DNA of 46,178 nucleotides from Treponema sp. (GCA_024691265.1 JAILNT010000161.1:1-46178), one strand, 5' to 3'; numbered from the stretch's first letter, positions 31,702 through 43,362 are shown. Made by a program: numbers and translations. The notes: generated from the sequence alone by a model not told the origin.

Positions 31702-31730
31702 TTTATACATTATTTGATAATTAATTGCAA
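31702..31730 (-). promoter_or_regulatory. Putative sigma70 promoter of the tuf-S10 transcript
   Basis: Minus strand TTGCAA-N17-TATAAA(T), downstream of the rpsG terminator. Confidence 0.6.
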
Positions 31731-31822
31731 GTAGTTTATAAAAAAACATGCTAAAAAATATATATTTTTTTCAACATTCTCTATGAAATAAAAAGGGATA
31801 AAAACTTTATGAAATAAATTAT

Positions 31823-31857
31823 AAAAAAAAGCCACCGGCATGAACACCAGTGGCTTT
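31823..31857 (-). terminator. Rho-independent terminator after rpsG
   Basis: Minus strand GCCACTGG-loop-CCGGTGGC followed by T8. Confidence 0.88.
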
Positions 31858-31871
31858 GTAAGCAGAAAAGA

Positions 31872-32342
31872 CTACCAGCGATAATGAGCAAAAGCCTTGT
31901 TTGCTTCTGCCATCTTATGTGTATCTTCCTTCTTCTTATATGCAGAACCTGTATTATTGAATGCATCAAGTAATTCAGATGCTAAAGTATCTGCCATACC
32001 ATGTCCTGAGCGATGACGAGCTGCATCAATGATCCATCTCATAGCCAAAGCTTCACGACGAGTATCGCGAATTTCAATAGGTACCTGATATGTAGCTCCA
32101 CCAACACGGCGAGACTTAACTTCTACTACAGGCTTTACATTATCCAATGCCTTAAGGAATACTTCAAGAGGATCCTTTTCAGTCTTTGCCTTAAGTTTAT
32201 CCATTGCATCGTAGATAACTTTTACACAAGTTGCTTTCTTTCCATCAAGCATCATGCGTTTTACAAACTTTGTTACAACTACGCTATTGTATTTTCCATC
32301 CGGCACAATCGGACGGTCAACTGACTTCTTATGTCTGCCCAT
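31872..32342 (-). CDS. rpsG: 30S ribosomal protein S7
   Basis: RRVGGATYQVP, MAEANKAFAHYRW. Confidence 0.99.
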   Translation of the reverse strand: MGRHKKSVDRPIVPDGKYNSVVVTKFVKRMMLDGKKATCVKVIYDAMDKLKAKTEKDPLEVFLKALDNVKPVVEVKSRRVGGATYQVPIEIRDTRREALAMRWIIDAARHRSGHGMADTLASELLDAFNNTGSAYKKKEDTHKMAEANKAFAHYRW

Positions 32343-32355
32343 TCTCTACCCCCTA

Positions 32356-32730
32356 TTATGCCTTAGGCTTCTTGGTACCATACTTAGAGCGTCCACGCTT
32401 GCGGCTTTCAACACCAAGAGTATCTTTTGTACCACGAATAATATGATAACGTACACCAGGGAGGTCCTTTACACGACCACCACGAATAAGTACTACAGAG
32501 TGTTCCTGCAAGTTATGTCCTTCTCCAGGAATATATGCAGTAACTTCAATACCATTACTCAAGCGAACACGAGCTACCTTACGGAGAGCTGAATTAGGTT
32601 TCTTTGGTGTAACAGTCATAACACGTGTGCAAACACCGCGTTTCTGCGGACAAGACTGAAGCGCGGGAGCTTTAGTTGTATTGGCAGCAGATTTGCGACC
32701 TTTACGAATTAACTGGTTAATTGTAGGCAT
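32356..32730 (-). CDS. rpsL: 30S ribosomal protein S12
   Basis: [18 protein letters not shown]. Confidence 0.99.
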   Translation of the reverse strand: MPTINQLIRKGRKSAANTTKAPALQSCPQKRGVCTRVMTVTPKKPNSALRKVARVRLSNGIEVTAYIPGEGHNLQEHSVVLIRGGRVKDLPGVRYHIIRGTKDTLGVESRKRGRSKYGTKKPKA

Positions 32731-32811
32731 CGGCCTATTCTCCTATATAATACCGAGCAGCACCTCGGTTAAATTTTGCTCATTAAGACCTGCACATAGG
32801 CAGGTCTTAAA

Positions 32812-32841
32812 ACTATAACGAATTCAGTATGTCTCGGTCAA
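32812..32841 (-). promoter_or_regulatory. Putative sigma70 promoter of rpsL-rpsG
   Basis: Minus strand TTGACC-N18-TATAGT followed by two leader hairpins. Confidence 0.55.
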
Positions 32842-32880
32842 GAGAATTTCAGAATTTATTATAACTCAAAACTAATCGAA

Positions 32881-35800
32881 CTACTCTTCATCAGAGTCAA
32901 TATTTACACCATCATCAGAATTCTGAGCAGAGAGTAATTTTTCTTCACGTCTCTTCTCTAAGACCTCAATCATTTTTGCATCAAGGTCATTTGAAGTCTC
33001 ATCAGACAATTTAATATTGCGATAATTACGAATACCTGTACCAGCTGGAATCATATGTCCAATGACAACATTTTCCTTCAAACCACGCAAATGGTCTGTA
33101 GCACCAGCAATAGCAGCATTTGTAAGAACACGAGTTGTTTCCTGGAATGAAGCAGCTGAAATGAATGAATCAGTATTCAATGCAGCTTTAGTAATACCCT
33201 GGAACATAGGGCGGGCAATAGCAGGTTGTCCACCTTCTTCCATAACACGACGGTTTTCATCATGGAAAGTAAACTTATCAACAGCTTCGTCAACGATAAA
33301 TTTCGTATCACCTACAGACATGATTTTTACCTTACGAAGCATCTGTCTAATGATAATACCAATATGCTTATCATTAATCTGTACACCCTGTGCACGATAA
33401 ACAGACTGAATTTCGTCCATCAAGAATTCCTGAAGTGCGTTCTCACCCTTTATTGCAAGAATATCGTGTGCGTCAATAGCACCATCAGAAAGCTTTTCAC
33501 CAGCCTCTACATGGTCACCATCACGAACTAGTAAACGCTTATTCATAGGTATTGGATGTTCGAATGTTTTACCATATTCATCTTCAACCTCAATAACACG
33601 CTTACCTTTTATGATACCCTTAAATTTAACAGAACCTGTAATCTGAGCAAGAATTGCTGGATCTGTAGGACGGCGAGCTTCAAACAATTCAGATACACGA
33701 GGCAAACCACCTGTAATATCGTTTGTTTTTGCAGCAGCCTTTGCCATTGTTGCCAAAGTATATCCTGCAGAAATCTTCTGACCGTCATCAACACGAAGCG
33801 AAGCACCACCTGTAAGGTAATAGCTTCCTAATTCGTTTCCAGCTTCATCTGTAATATAAAGGCGAGGCTGTCTTACATCAAGATGGAGGTCACTGATACG
33901 GCGTTCACGAGCACCAGTATTTTCATCTAATGTTTCTTCAAGAGTAACTTCTGGAATAATATCATCCCAGTGAACATAACCGTCCTGTTCTGCAATGATA
34001 GGTTCGTTATATGGTTCAAATTTTCCAACTGGGACATTAGCTTCGCATACATCTCCTGGCTTTACAAAAATTGTAGAACCATTAGCAATTTCAATAACCT
34101 GGTCAGAACTTGTAACAAATAACTTTTTATCCCTAATTAATACACGACCTTTTTCTGCAGACTTAACATCACTACCATCATGCTTGAAAAGAACAGTATC
34201 ATTAAGAATACGAGCTCCGTCTGCAACAACAATTTCATCTTTATCAGTAATATCATACTGATTAAAAATCTTTGTTACAGTCATCTTACCCTTACGAGTA
34301 AAGAGCCATACTTCTTTTCTCTCAATCTTCTTGCCGCCTTCAATTTCATCAACATCATCAATTGTAACATGCTGTTTTGAAATATCTTCGATAAGAACAG
34401 GGTAATTCATAACAATATGGTTATCCTGTGTAACCTTAGAAGCAGTACCTCCGACGTGGAATGTACGCATAGTAAGCTGAGTACCTGGCTGACCAATTGA
34501 CTGAGCTGCGATTGTACCAACAGCTTCACCAATTTCAACTATCTTATCACGGGCAAGATTCTTACCATAACACTTAACACAAACACCATGCTGACTTTCA
34601 CAAGTAAGAACTGTACGAAGTTTTACTTTTTCAACACCAGCAGCATCAATCTTCTGTGCAAGTTTTTCATCAATATACTGATTAACATCACAAAGAACTT
34701 CACCTGAAACAGGATCAAGAACACGTTCTATTGAGAAATGACCAGCAATACGAGATGCCAAAGATTCAACAATATTCTCACCATCTTTTATTGCTGTATA
34801 ATCAATACCGTTTATTGTTCCACAATCTTCTTCATTGATTACAACATCTTGAGAAACATCAACAAGACGACGTGTCATGTAACCAGCATCAGCTGTTTTC
34901 AAAGCAGTATCAGTCAAACCTTTACGAGCACCGTTTGTAGAAATAAAGTACTCAATAACAGAAAGACCTTCTTTAAAGTTTGAACGAATAGGAAGTTCAA
35001 TGATTTCACCATTAGGCTTAGCCATCAAACCACGCATAGCACCAAGCTGAGAAATCTGCTTCTTAGAACCACGGGCACCAGACTTAGCCATCATATAGAT
35101 TGTATTAAATCCATCACGGTCAGCAGCCATGTGATCCATCATTATATTTGTAAGCTTTTCATTAGTACGCTGCCAAATATCTGTTACTCTGTTATAACGT
35201 TCTTCAGCAGTAATAGCACCCTTTGAGAAGTCACTTACGATATGCTCAACTTCCTTGTTAGATTCCTCAACCATTTTTGCCTTTTCTTCAGGGATAAGGA
35301 TATCGTCCATAGAAAGTGTTGCACCATAATATGTAGCATTCTTATAGCCAACATCTTTGATAGCATCAAGCATTCTGATTGTAAGCCATGCACCCTGTCT
35401 GTGGTATACAGTTTCAATCATCTTCTTGAGGTCTTTATCAATCATCTGCTTATTGACATAACCAACTTCATCTGGCATTGCTTCATTGAACTTCAAACGA
35501 CCAGCTGTTGTTTCAATAACATCTCCAGCCTTAAATACAGGCTCGCCATTTTCATCTAAGTCAAAAGCATCTTTTGGAGCAGGAACCTTTATCAAAGACT
35601 GCCATTCTATAAAATGTCTGTCTGCAATTTTGCTTCCTTCTTCAGTACCTACAAAGTCATCTGCATAATCAGTATCATTTCCACCAACAGTTTCTACACG
35701 GTCAGCAGCCATATAAGCTTCATTTGCAGAAGAGAATCTCTTTCCTGTTCCCTTTCCTGTAGGTTTTACAGAAGTCATATAATAGATACCAAGAACCATA

Positions 35801-37281
35801 TCCTGAGAAGGGCTTACGATTGTACCACCGTTTGCAGGGTCAAGAAGGTTTCTGGCAGAAAGCATCAATGTCCAACATTCCATCTGAGCAGCCTGTGTCA
35901 AAGGAACATGGATAGCCATCTGGTCTCCATCAAAGTCAGCGTTAAAAGCCTTACATGCAAGAGGGTGAAGTTTAAGAGCTTTACCCTGTACAAGAACAGG
36001 TTCAAAAGCCTGAATACCCAAACGGTGCAATGTAGGAGCACGGTTAAGCATAACAGGATGTTCACGTACAACTTCATCAAGAATAGCATAAACTTCAGGA
36101 GCTTCCTCTTCAACTAAAGTCTTAGCCTTCTTAATGTTAAAGACAACGTCTTTATCAACAAGTTTCTTCATTATAAATGGTTTGAACAATTCCAAAGCCA
36201 TTTTTGTAGGAAGACCACACTGCCAAAGCTTTAATTCAGGGCCAACAACAATAACAGAACGTCCAGAATAGTCAACACGCTTACCAAGCAAATTCTGACG
36301 GAAACGTCCCTGCTTACCTTTAAGCATATCGCTAATAGATTTCAAAGGACGATTAGAAGCACCCTTTACAACTCTTTTTCTTCTGCTGTTATCAAACAAT
36401 GCATCTACAGCTTCCTGCAGCATGCGTTTTTCATTACGAATGATAATTTCAGGAGCAGAAAGTAACTGCAATCTCTTAAGACGATTATTGCGATTAATAA
36501 CACGACGATAAAGGTCATTCAAATCAGATGTTGCAAAGCGACCACCATCAAGCTGAACCATAGGACGCAAATCAGGAGGCATAACAGGGATAACATCAAG
36601 AATCATCCAGCTAGCTTTATTTCCTGAAGCACGGAATTTTTCAACAATATCAAGACGGCTAAGAAGATGTTTATCAGCTTTTACACCCTTTTCAATCATC
36701 TTTGCACGGAGCTCTGCAGCTAAAGCATCAAGGTCAAGTCTATCAAGTAAAGTCTTAATAGCATCTGCACCCATACCAGCAGTAAAAGCTCCACCGTAAC
36801 GTTCTTCAGCCTGTGCATACTCATCTTCTGTAAGAAGCTGCATAGGCTTCAAATCTGTATCACCTGCATCAATAACAATGTACTTCTCATAGTAAAGAAC
36901 TGAACGAAGTGCATTTACCTGCAAGTCAAGAAGTTTTCCCATACGGCTAGGAACAGAACGATAATACCAAATATGGCTTACTGGAGCTGCAAGTTCAATA
37001 TGACCTGTGCGTTCACGGCGAACCTTGAATGAAGTAACTTCAACACCACAACGGTCACAAACAACACCCTTATAACGGATACTTTTGAACTTACCACAGT
37101 AACATTCCCATTCCTTTGTGGTACCGAAAATCTTTTCACAGAAAAGACCGTCTTTCTCAGGACGCAATGTACGATAGTTTATAGTTTCAGGCTTCTTTAC
37201 TTCGCCATAAGACCATGCACGAATAGTCTCTGGAGAAGCCAACTTAATCTTCAGACTTGCAAAATCCTGTATATCACGCAT
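32881..37281 (-). CDS. rpoC: RNA polymerase beta' subunit
   Basis: N-terminal Zn ribbon, [23 protein letters not shown]; start set at ATG 37281 after AGGAG. Confidence 0.99.
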   Translation of the reverse strand: MRDIQDFASLKIKLASPETIRAWSYGEVKKPETINYRTLRPEKDGLFCEKIFGTTKEWECYCGKFKSIRYKGVVCDRCGVEVTSFKVRRERTGHIELAAPVSHIWYYRSVPSRMGKLLDLQVNALRSVLYYEKYIVIDAGDTDLKPMQLLTEDEYAQAEERYGGAFTAGMGADAIKTLLDRLDLDALAAELRAKMIEKGVKADKHLLSRLDIVEKFRASGNKASWMILDVIPVMPPDLRPMVQLDGGRFATSDLNDLYRRVINRNNRLKRLQLLSAPEIIIRNEKRMLQEAVDALFDNSRRKRVVKGASNRPLKSISDMLKGKQGRFRQNLLGKRVDYSGRSVIVVGPELKLWQCGLPTKMALELFKPFIMKKLVDKDVVFNIKKAKTLVEEEAPEVYAILDEVVREHPVMLNRAPTLHRLGIQAFEPVLVQGKALKLHPLACKAFNADFDGDQMAIHVPLTQAAQMECWTLMLSARNLLDPANGGTIVSPSQDMVLGIYYMTSVKPTGKGTGKRFSSANEAYMAADRVETVGGNDTDYADDFVGTEEGSKIADRHFIEWQSLIKVPAPKDAFDLDENGEPVFKAGDVIETTAGRLKFNEAMPDEVGYVNKQMIDKDLKKMIETVYHRQGAWLTIRMLDAIKDVGYKNATYYGATLSMDDILIPEEKAKMVEESNKEVEHIVSDFSKGAITAEERYNRVTDIWQRTNEKLTNIMMDHMAADRDGFNTIYMMAKSGARGSKKQISQLGAMRGLMAKPNGEIIELPIRSNFKEGLSVIEYFISTNGARKGLTDTALKTADAGYMTRRLVDVSQDVVINEEDCGTINGIDYTAIKDGENIVESLASRIAGHFSIERVLDPVSGEVLCDVNQYIDEKLAQKIDAAGVEKVKLRTVLTCESQHGVCVKCYGKNLARDKIVEIGEAVGTIAAQSIGQPGTQLTMRTFHVGGTASKVTQDNHIVMNYPVLIEDISKQHVTIDDVDEIEGGKKIERKEVWLFTRKGKMTVTKIFNQYDITDKDEIVVADGARILNDTVLFKHDGSDVKSAEKGRVLIRDKKLFVTSSDQVIEIANGSTIFVKPGDVCEANVPVGKFEPYNEPIIAEQDGYVHWDDIIPEVTLEETLDENTGARERRISDLHLDVRQPRLYITDEAGNELGSYYLTGGASLRVDDGQKISAGYTLATMAKAAAKTNDITGGLPRVSELFEARRPTDPAILAQITGSVKFKGIIKGKRVIEVEDEYGKTFEHPIPMNKRLLVRDGDHVEAGEKLSDGAIDAHDILAIKGENALQEFLMDEIQSVYRAQGVQINDKHIGIIIRQMLRKVKIMSVGDTKFIVDEAVDKFTFHDENRRVMEEGGQPAIARPMFQGITKAALNTDSFISAASFQETTRVLTNAAIAGATDHLRGLKENVVIGHMIPAGTGIRNYRNIKLSDETSNDLDAKMIEVLEKRREEKLLSAQNSDDGVNIDSDEE

Positions 37282-40200
37282 TAGTATTCTCCTTCTCTTT
37301 ATCAAAGCCTGCTGAAGCTTTGTCAATCAAGTCCTGATCGCGTTCTGTAAGAGCAATCTGTTTATCATTTTCGTCCCAGATTGTAAAATCAAGACCAAGA
37401 GCACGAAGTTCCTGTACCATAACATTAAATGATTCAGGAACACCAATAGGAGTAGATGGGTCACCTTTTACAATTGACTCATAAACTTTTGAACGTCCGT
37501 TCATATCATCAGACTTAATGGTCATCATTTCCTGCAATGTATTTGCAGCACCATAAGCTTCCAATGCCCAAACTTCCATTTCTCCCAAACGCTGACCACC
37601 AAACTGAGCTTTACCACCCAAAGGCTGTTGTGTAACAAGAGAATATGGACCTGTAGAACGAGCGTGCATTTTATCATCTACCAAGTGATGTAATTTCAAG
37701 AAGTAAATAACACCAACAAAGATAGGATTAACAAATGGTTCACCTGTGCGACCATCACGAACAATCTGTTTACAGTCAGGACTTAAGCCAGCTTCTTTAA
37801 GCTTCTCAGCTATCATTTCCTGGCTAGGAGTCTGGAATGCAGGGCTTTCATAGTATTGATTCAAATATTTACCGGCAATACCAAGCTCAGATTCCATAAT
37901 CTGACCAATATTCATACGAGAAGGAACACCAAGAGGATTCAAACAAACATCAAGAGGTGTACCATCTTCCAAATATGGCATATCTTCAACTGGGAGAATA
38001 CGAGCAACAACACCCTTATTTCCGTGACGACCAGCCATTTTGTCACCTTCACGAAGCTTTCTCTTATTAGCAATAAGAACCTTAATCTGTTCTTCTACTC
38101 CAGGAGGAAGTTCGTCACCCTGCTTACGGCTCAAACGTTCAATACTAAGAACAACACCTTCAATTCCATGAGGAACACGTAAAGAAGAATCACGAACTTC
38201 TTTAGCCTTCTCACCGAAAATAGAATTCAAAAGTTTAAATTCTGGAGTTGTTTCTGTCTCACTCTTTGGAGTAACTTTACCAACAAGAATATCGCCGCTC
38301 TTAACCTTTGCACCTACGCGAATGATACCTTCAGCATCAAGATTGCTCAAAGCCTGAGCTTTTGTGCTAGGTACATCACGAGTAAGTTTTTCAGGACCAA
38401 GTTTTGTTTCACGAATATCAGTAGAGAATTCCTTAATATGGATAGATGTATACATATCTTCCTTAACAACTCTCTGACTGATAAGAACAGCGTCCTCATA
38501 GTTGTATCCATTCCAAGGAACGAATCCTACCAAAAGGTTACGTCCTAAAGAAAGTTCACCATTGAATGTTGCAGAACCATCAGCAATAACAGCACCCTTC
38601 TTTACTTTCTCACCAACTTCAACTGTAGGTCTCTGATGGTTACAGGTATCATTATTTGTACGCTGATACTTCAACAAAGGATATTCATCAAGCTTACCTT
38701 CAACACCATCTGGCTTAATTTTAATAAGGTCACTTGTTACCCATACAACTTCACCATCACGACGAGCCTTTACCAATACACCTGAATCATAAGCAGCCTT
38801 TGCTTCCATACCAGTACCAACATAAGGAGGCTCTGGGAATAACAAAGGAACACCCTGACGTTGCATGTTACAACCCATCAATGCACGGTTAGCATCATCA
38901 TGTTCAAGGAATGGAACCAAAGAAGCTGATACAGAAATTACCTGACGAGGTGAAACGTCCATATACTGAATTTCTTCAGGCTTTCTAGATGTATAATCAC
39001 CCTGATGACGGCTTGAAACAAGAGCTGTTTTGAACGAACCATCAGGATTCATATCTTCAGAAACCTGACCAATATAGTATTTATCTTCGTCCATTGCAGA
39101 AAGGTACTCAATTTCATTTGTAGCCTTTCCGTTTACAACCTTACGATATGGCTCTTCAAGGAATCCGTATTCATTAATACGAGTATAAATAGCCAAAGAA
39201 ACAATCAAACCAATATTTGGACCTTCAGGAGTTTCGATAGGACACATACGTCCATAGTGTGTATAGTGAACATCACGAACTTCAAATCCGGCACGGTCAC
39301 GATTCAAACCACCAACACCCAAAGCACTTAAACGTCTCTTATGAGTAAGTTCTGCAAGAGGATTTATCTGGTCCATAAACTGAGACAGCTGAGAAGAACC
39401 AAAGAATTCCTTAATAACAGCAACAATAGGCTTGATAGAAATAAGGTCCTGAGGCTTCATTGTCTCAGTATCTTTAAGACTCATACGCTCTTTTGCAATG
39501 CGTTCCATACGAGCAAATGCAGTCTTGAGCTGATTTGTCATAAGTTCGCCTACACAACGAACACGACGATTTCCAAGGTGGTCAATATCATCAAACTTTT
39601 CATCACCATAATACACTTTTATCAAGTGCTTCATTGTTTGAATAATATCTTCCTTTATAAGTGTATGGTCTTCTACATTTTCCTTGTAGTCAAACTTCTT
39701 GTTCAACTTATAGCGACCAACTCTACCAAGGTCATAACGGCGTAAGCTAAAGAACATTGAAGTCAAATCTTTTTCAGCTGACTCAAATGTTATAGGTTCA
39801 CCAGGCATAAGTACAGAATAAACAACTGCAAGAGCGTCTTCCTTTGTAGGTTCATCAGATTCAGAACCTTCTTTTGTATAACGGATTTCTTCACGCTCAA
39901 AACAGTTTATAATCATGTCACGATTAAGACCTGTATCTGTATCAAAATCGATAACATCAATTTCTGTGATTTTATTTGCAATGAGGTCATCTACATCATG
40001 AGGATGGAGTCTGCTTCCAGCCTTAAAAAGCTTTCTGTCATCTCCATTTTCATCTTTTACATAAACTGCAGTTGCAAGAACATTATCAACAAGTGATTCA
40101 CGGACTTCTAGGCTATCTTTTACTTCTACTTTCTTTACATCATAGAAGCAGCGAATAATTTCTTCACGAGAATTATAACCTAAAGCACGAAGGAAAATTG

Positions 40201-40798
40201 TACCGAGAATTTTCTTCTTACGGTCAATCTTTGCATAAATTAAATCTTTCTTCTGGTCAATTTCAAATTCAAGCCATGAACCTCTATAAGGAATAATACG
40301 GCTTGAAATAACACCCTTCTCTTTCTGGAAAATAACTCCAGGAGAACGATGAATCTGGCTTACAACAACGCGTTCTGCACCATTAACAATAAAAGTTCCA
40401 CGATCTGTCATAAGTGGAATATCACCCATGTAAATATCACGCTGGAAAATGGCACCTGTATCAGCGAAGCTTAAATTGATGCGAGCCTTCAATGGGACAG
40501 AATAAGTCAATCCCTTTTTCTTGCACTCAATCTCAGAAAACTTGATATTCTCCATATCCAATTCGTAGAACTCATACTCAAGAGAAATATCTCCATTTGG
40601 GCTAACGATTGGGAATGTAGAATTGAATACTTCCTGAAGTCCCTGATTTAAAAGAGGCTCTTTCTTTTCAAGACGCTCTCTCTGCAAGAAACTTTCATAA
40701 GAAGACAACTGAATGTCGATGAGATTTGGAATCTCCATGAAATTCTGGATATTTTTACCCAGATACTGTCGTTTGATAGTTCTGCTTTTAGCGAACAT
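37274..40798 (-). CDS. rpoB: RNA polymerase beta subunit
   Basis: [44 protein letters not shown]; start set at ATG 40798 after GGAGG. Confidence 0.99.
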   Translation of the reverse strand: MFAKSRTIKRQYLGKNIQNFMEIPNLIDIQLSSYESFLQRERLEKKEPLLNQGLQEVFNSTFPIVSPNGDISLEYEFYELDMENIKFSEIECKKKGLTYSVPLKARINLSFADTGAIFQRDIYMGDIPLMTDRGTFIVNGAERVVVSQIHRSPGVIFQKEKGVISSRIIPYRGSWLEFEIDQKKDLIYAKIDRKKKILGTIFLRALGYNSREEIIRCFYDVKKVEVKDSLEVRESLVDNVLATAVYVKDENGDDRKLFKAGSRLHPHDVDDLIANKITEIDVIDFDTDTGLNRDMIINCFEREEIRYTKEGSESDEPTKEDALAVVYSVLMPGEPITFESAEKDLTSMFFSLRRYDLGRVGRYKLNKKFDYKENVEDHTLIKEDIIQTMKHLIKVYYGDEKFDDIDHLGNRRVRCVGELMTNQLKTAFARMERIAKERMSLKDTETMKPQDLISIKPIVAVIKEFFGSSQLSQFMDQINPLAELTHKRRLSALGVGGLNRDRAGFEVRDVHYTHYGRMCPIETPEGPNIGLIVSLAIYTRINEYGFLEEPYRKVVNGKATNEIEYLSAMDEDKYYIGQVSEDMNPDGSFKTALVSSRHQGDYTSRKPEEIQYMDVSPRQVISVSASLVPFLEHDDANRALMGCNMQRQGVPLLFPEPPYVGTGMEAKAAYDSGVLVKARRDGEVVWVTSDLIKIKPDGVEGKLDEYPLLKYQRTNNDTCNHQRPTVEVGEKVKKGAVIADGSATFNGELSLGRNLLVGFVPWNGYNYEDAVLISQRVVKEDMYTSIHIKEFSTDIRETKLGPEKLTRDVPSTKAQALSNLDAEGIIRVGAKVKSGDILVGKVTPKSETETTPEFKLLNSIFGEKAKEVRDSSLRVPHGIEGVVLSIERLSRKQGDELPPGVEEQIKVLIANKRKLREGDKMAGRHGNKGVVARILPVEDMPYLEDGTPLDVCLNPLGVPSRMNIGQIMESELGIAGKYLNQYYESPAFQTPSQEMIAEKLKEAGLSPDCKQIVRDGRTGEPFVNPIFVGVIYFLKLHHLVDDKMHARSTGPYSLVTQQPLGGKAQFGGQRLGEMEVWALEAYGAANTLQEMMTIKSDDMNGRSKVYESIVKGDPSTPIGVPESFNVMVQELRALGLDFTIWDENDKQIALTERDQDLIDKASAGFDKEKENTNA

Positions 40799-40944
40799 CA
40801 AAACCCTCCAATTCAATTGGCATTTGCATCAGAACTGCTACATATGAAATACTATCACAAAACTTGCGTTGCAAAACATACAGCACAGACTCTTACGCAT
40901 AGAAAAAAACGTCAAAAGACGTTATATATACTTTATAGACACAT

Positions 40945-40982
40945 AAAGCTTCCAGGCGGATAAAAACAATCCACCCAGAAGC
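40945..40982 (-). terminator. Weak terminator or attenuator-like hairpin between rplL and rpoB
   Basis: Minus strand GCTTCTGGGTGGAT-loop-ATCCGCCTGGAAGC followed by only TTTATGT; position analogous to the E. coli rplL-rpoB attenuator. Confidence 0.55.
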
Positions 40983-41045
40983 GTTTTCTAAGAATAAAAA
41001 ATCGAGTAAATTATACTGATATTTATATTAAAGTTCAAGACTTAA

Positions 41046-41411
41046 TTATTTCTTGCTAGCCTTTCCACCAGCAGCTGCGATGTCAGCAATAATCTTATCT
41101 GCATCAGCCTTAGAAACACCAGCCTTCAATTCCTTTGGAGCACCTTCAACGAGAGCCTTAGCATCACCAAGTCCAAGACCTGTGATAGCACGAACTGCCT
41201 TGATAACAGCAATCTTCTTTGCAGCATCAACACTGTCCAAAGTAACTGTGAATTCTGTCTGCTCTTCAGCAGCAGCTGCACCAGCAGCTGGACCAGCAGC
41301 AACAGCTACAGCAGCTGTAACGCCGAACTTTTCTTCCATAGCCTTTACGAGATCAGCAGCCTGCTGAACTGTTAAACCTGCGATTGCATCAAGGATTTCT
41401 TCGTTTGTCAT
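41046..41411 (-). CDS. rplL: 50S ribosomal protein L7/L12
   Basis: EEKFGVTAA, Ala-rich hinge, KIAVIK.VR.ITGLGL. Confidence 0.99.
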   Translation of the reverse strand: MTNEEILDAIAGLTVQQAADLVKAMEEKFGVTAAVAVAAGPAAGAAAAEEQTEFTVTLDSVDAAKKIAVIKAVRAITGLGLGDAKALVEGAPKELKAGVSKADADKIIADIAAAGGKASKK

Positions 41412-41563
41412 ATTATCTTCCTTAAGTAGATAGTAAACAGTATAAAACTGTCAGTGTTATTTGCGGGTATCAGAAAAGGCAAACTACCCTTATATTCTCC
41501 GATTACCCAATTACCGTACGGACAGTAGACAACAGTTATGAAGCCTGACCGTACAAAAAAGCA

Positions 41564-42094
41564 TTAGTTAGCTGCAGGTGCTTCGCCACCCTCACTCTGC
41601 TTCTTATCAACATATGCCTGCAATGTAGCTGCGAGTTTGCGAGCTGGACCATTGATAGCAGACATAAGCATAGCGATAAGCTGCTTGCGACCAGGGATTT
41701 TTGACAAAGCTTCAATCTTAGCAGCGTCAAGTACTTCGTTTTCTACGAAAGCACCCTTTACTTCAAGAGTAGGTGCGTCTTTCTTAAAATCGAACAATAC
41801 TTTTGCTGATTCATTTGCATCATCTTTTACCATTGTAATGGCTGTAGGACCTGCAAGGTAGTCAGCAACATTTTCTACATTCATCTCATTAAATGCGATG
41901 CGTGCAAAGTTGTTCTTGAAAACTTTAATCTGAGCATCATGTTCACGAAGCTTCTTGCGAAGATTTGTAATCTGCTCAACTGTCATTCCGCGATAATTTA
42001 CGAAAATGAAGTTCTTATAACCCTGCAAAACTTCTTTTGTTTCTGCAATAGCAGCTGTCTTAGCAGGCTGAACTTTTTTTGCCATTATAGCCAT
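41564..42094 (-). CDS. rplJ: 50S ribosomal protein L10
   Basis: YRGMTV...LR, KN, GPTA; position between rplA and rplL. Confidence 0.97.
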   Translation of the reverse strand: MAIMAKKVQPAKTAAIAETKEVLQGYKNFIFVNYRGMTVEQITNLRKKLREHDAQIKVFKNNFARIAFNEMNVENVADYLAGPTAITMVKDDANESAKVLFDFKKDAPTLEVKGAFVENEVLDAAKIEALSKIPGRKQLIAMLMSAINGPARKLAATLQAYVDKKQSEGGEAPAAN

Positions 42095-42774
42095 TATGCT
42101 TCCTCCTGGTGATCAATCCAAACGCCTGGACCCATAGAAGAGCTTACAGAAATACTGCGTACGAAACCAGCCTTTGCATCAGCAGGCTTCTTGCGGTCCA
42201 ATTCTGCAAGGAAAGTATTTACGTTCTCTGTAACAGCAGCAGCATCCATAGATACCTTACCAACAGCTATATGAACAATACCTGTCTTATCTGCACGGAA
42301 CTCAGTACGTCCTTTCTTCAATTCTGCTACAGCATGTACGAGATCATTTGTAACAGTTCCAGTCTTAGGATTTGGCATCAAACCTTTGCGACCGAGAACC
42401 ATACCAAGACGTCCTACATCTTTCATCATATCTGGAGTAGCAACAACAACGTCAAAGTCGAACCAACCGCCCTTAACCTTGTCCAAGTACTCTGTAGAAC
42501 CAGCATATGTTGCACCAGCATCCAATGCTTCCTGAACACGTTCTTCCTTACAGAATACCAAAATACGCTTTTCACCTTTGAACTGATGTGGGAATACGAG
42601 TGTATCACGTACAGTCTGATTCTTCTCAAGACGAAGAGCAACATGAAGTTCTACAGTTTCATCAAACTTTACAAAATGGAGATCTTTTACCAATTTGCAA
42701 GCATCAGCAACTGAATACTTCTTTGTTACATCATATTTCTTGAGTGATTCGTTATATTTCTTTCCGTGCTTCAT
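42094..42774 (-). CDS. rplA: 50S ribosomal protein L1
   Basis: KFDETV, GLMPNPKTGTV, SSMGP. Confidence 0.99.
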   Translation of the reverse strand: MKHGKKYNESLKKYDVTKKYSVADACKLVKDLHFVKFDETVELHVALRLEKNQTVRDTLVFPHQFKGEKRILVFCKEERVQEALDAGATYAGSTEYLDKVKGGWFDFDVVVATPDMMKDVGRLGMVLGRKGLMPNPKTGTVTNDLVHAVAELKKGRTEFRADKTGIVHIAVGKVSMDAAAVTENVNTFLAELDRKKPADAKAGFVRSISVSSSMGPGVWIDHQEEA

Positions 42775-43208
42775 TACTCAGCCTCCACTTCAACACCCAT
42801 ACTGCGTGCAGTACCAGCGATGATTTTCTTTGCAGCTTCAAGGTCGTTAGCATTGATGTCTGGCATCTTTGTCTTAGCGATTTCTTCAAGCTGAGCCTTT
42901 GTAAGCTTTCCAACCTTATCACGAAGTGGATTTGCTGCACCCTTCTCGAGTTTGAGAGCTTTCTTAATAAGAACTGCAGCTGGTGGAGTCTTAAGAATGA
43001 AAGTAAATGTCTTATCCTGATAAGCTGTAATAATTACAGGAATGATAAGACCCTTTTCCATGTTCTTTGTTCTATCATTGAATTCCTGAACAAACTTAGG
43101 TGCAGGAACACCATGAGGTCCCAAAGCAGGTCCAATAGGAGGGGCTGGAGTAGCAGAGCCTGCTGGGCACTGTAACTTAATAACAGCCGTTACCTTTTTT
43201 GTAGCCAT
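42774..43208 (-). CDS. rplK: 50S ribosomal protein L11
   Basis: [21 protein letters not shown]; start set at ATG 43208 after AAGGAG. Confidence 0.99.
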   Translation of the reverse strand: MATKKVTAVIKLQCPAGSATPAPPIGPALGPHGVPAPKFVQEFNDRTKNMEKGLIIPVIITAYQDKTFTFILKTPPAAVLIKKALKLEKGAANPLRDKVGKLTKAQLEEIAKTKMPDINANDLEAAKKIIAGTARSMGVEVEAE

Positions 43209-43225
43209 ATATATTCTCCTTAGAG

Positions 43226-43294
43226 TTGGTATGAATTGCACTAAGGCAATTCTAGCGAGATACTAATATCCAACGGATAAAGCACCTCTCCCAA
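43226..43294 (-). promoter_or_regulatory. Putative L1-binding leader of rplK-rplA
   Basis: Minus strand UUGG-GAG...AUA-CCAA closing helix resembling L1 sites, with internal hairpins, next to the SD. Confidence 0.45.
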
Positions 43295-43362
43295 AACAAG
43301 AATTGGCTTCCACCATTTTATTTATAAACAAAAATGAAAGAAACCATATTCAAGCTATTTAA

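Noticed and set aside
31206-31871. fusA pseudogene, tRNA cluster, SRP RNA, tmRNA or RNase P in the rpsG-tuf gap
   Set aside because: No EF-G-like peptide in the frames I read, no T-loop/D-loop pair, no SRP helix-8 motif, no GAGGAAAGUCC and no tmRNA ends.
31781-31969. 62-aa ORF overlapping the rpsG end
   Set aside because: Out of frame within rpsG and runs through the terminator.
41514-41554. GUACGG copies in the rplJ-rplL spacer as further instances of the tuf/rplC motif
   Set aside because: Here GUACGG is base-paired with CCGUAC and lacks the UUGCCAU block, so the context differs.
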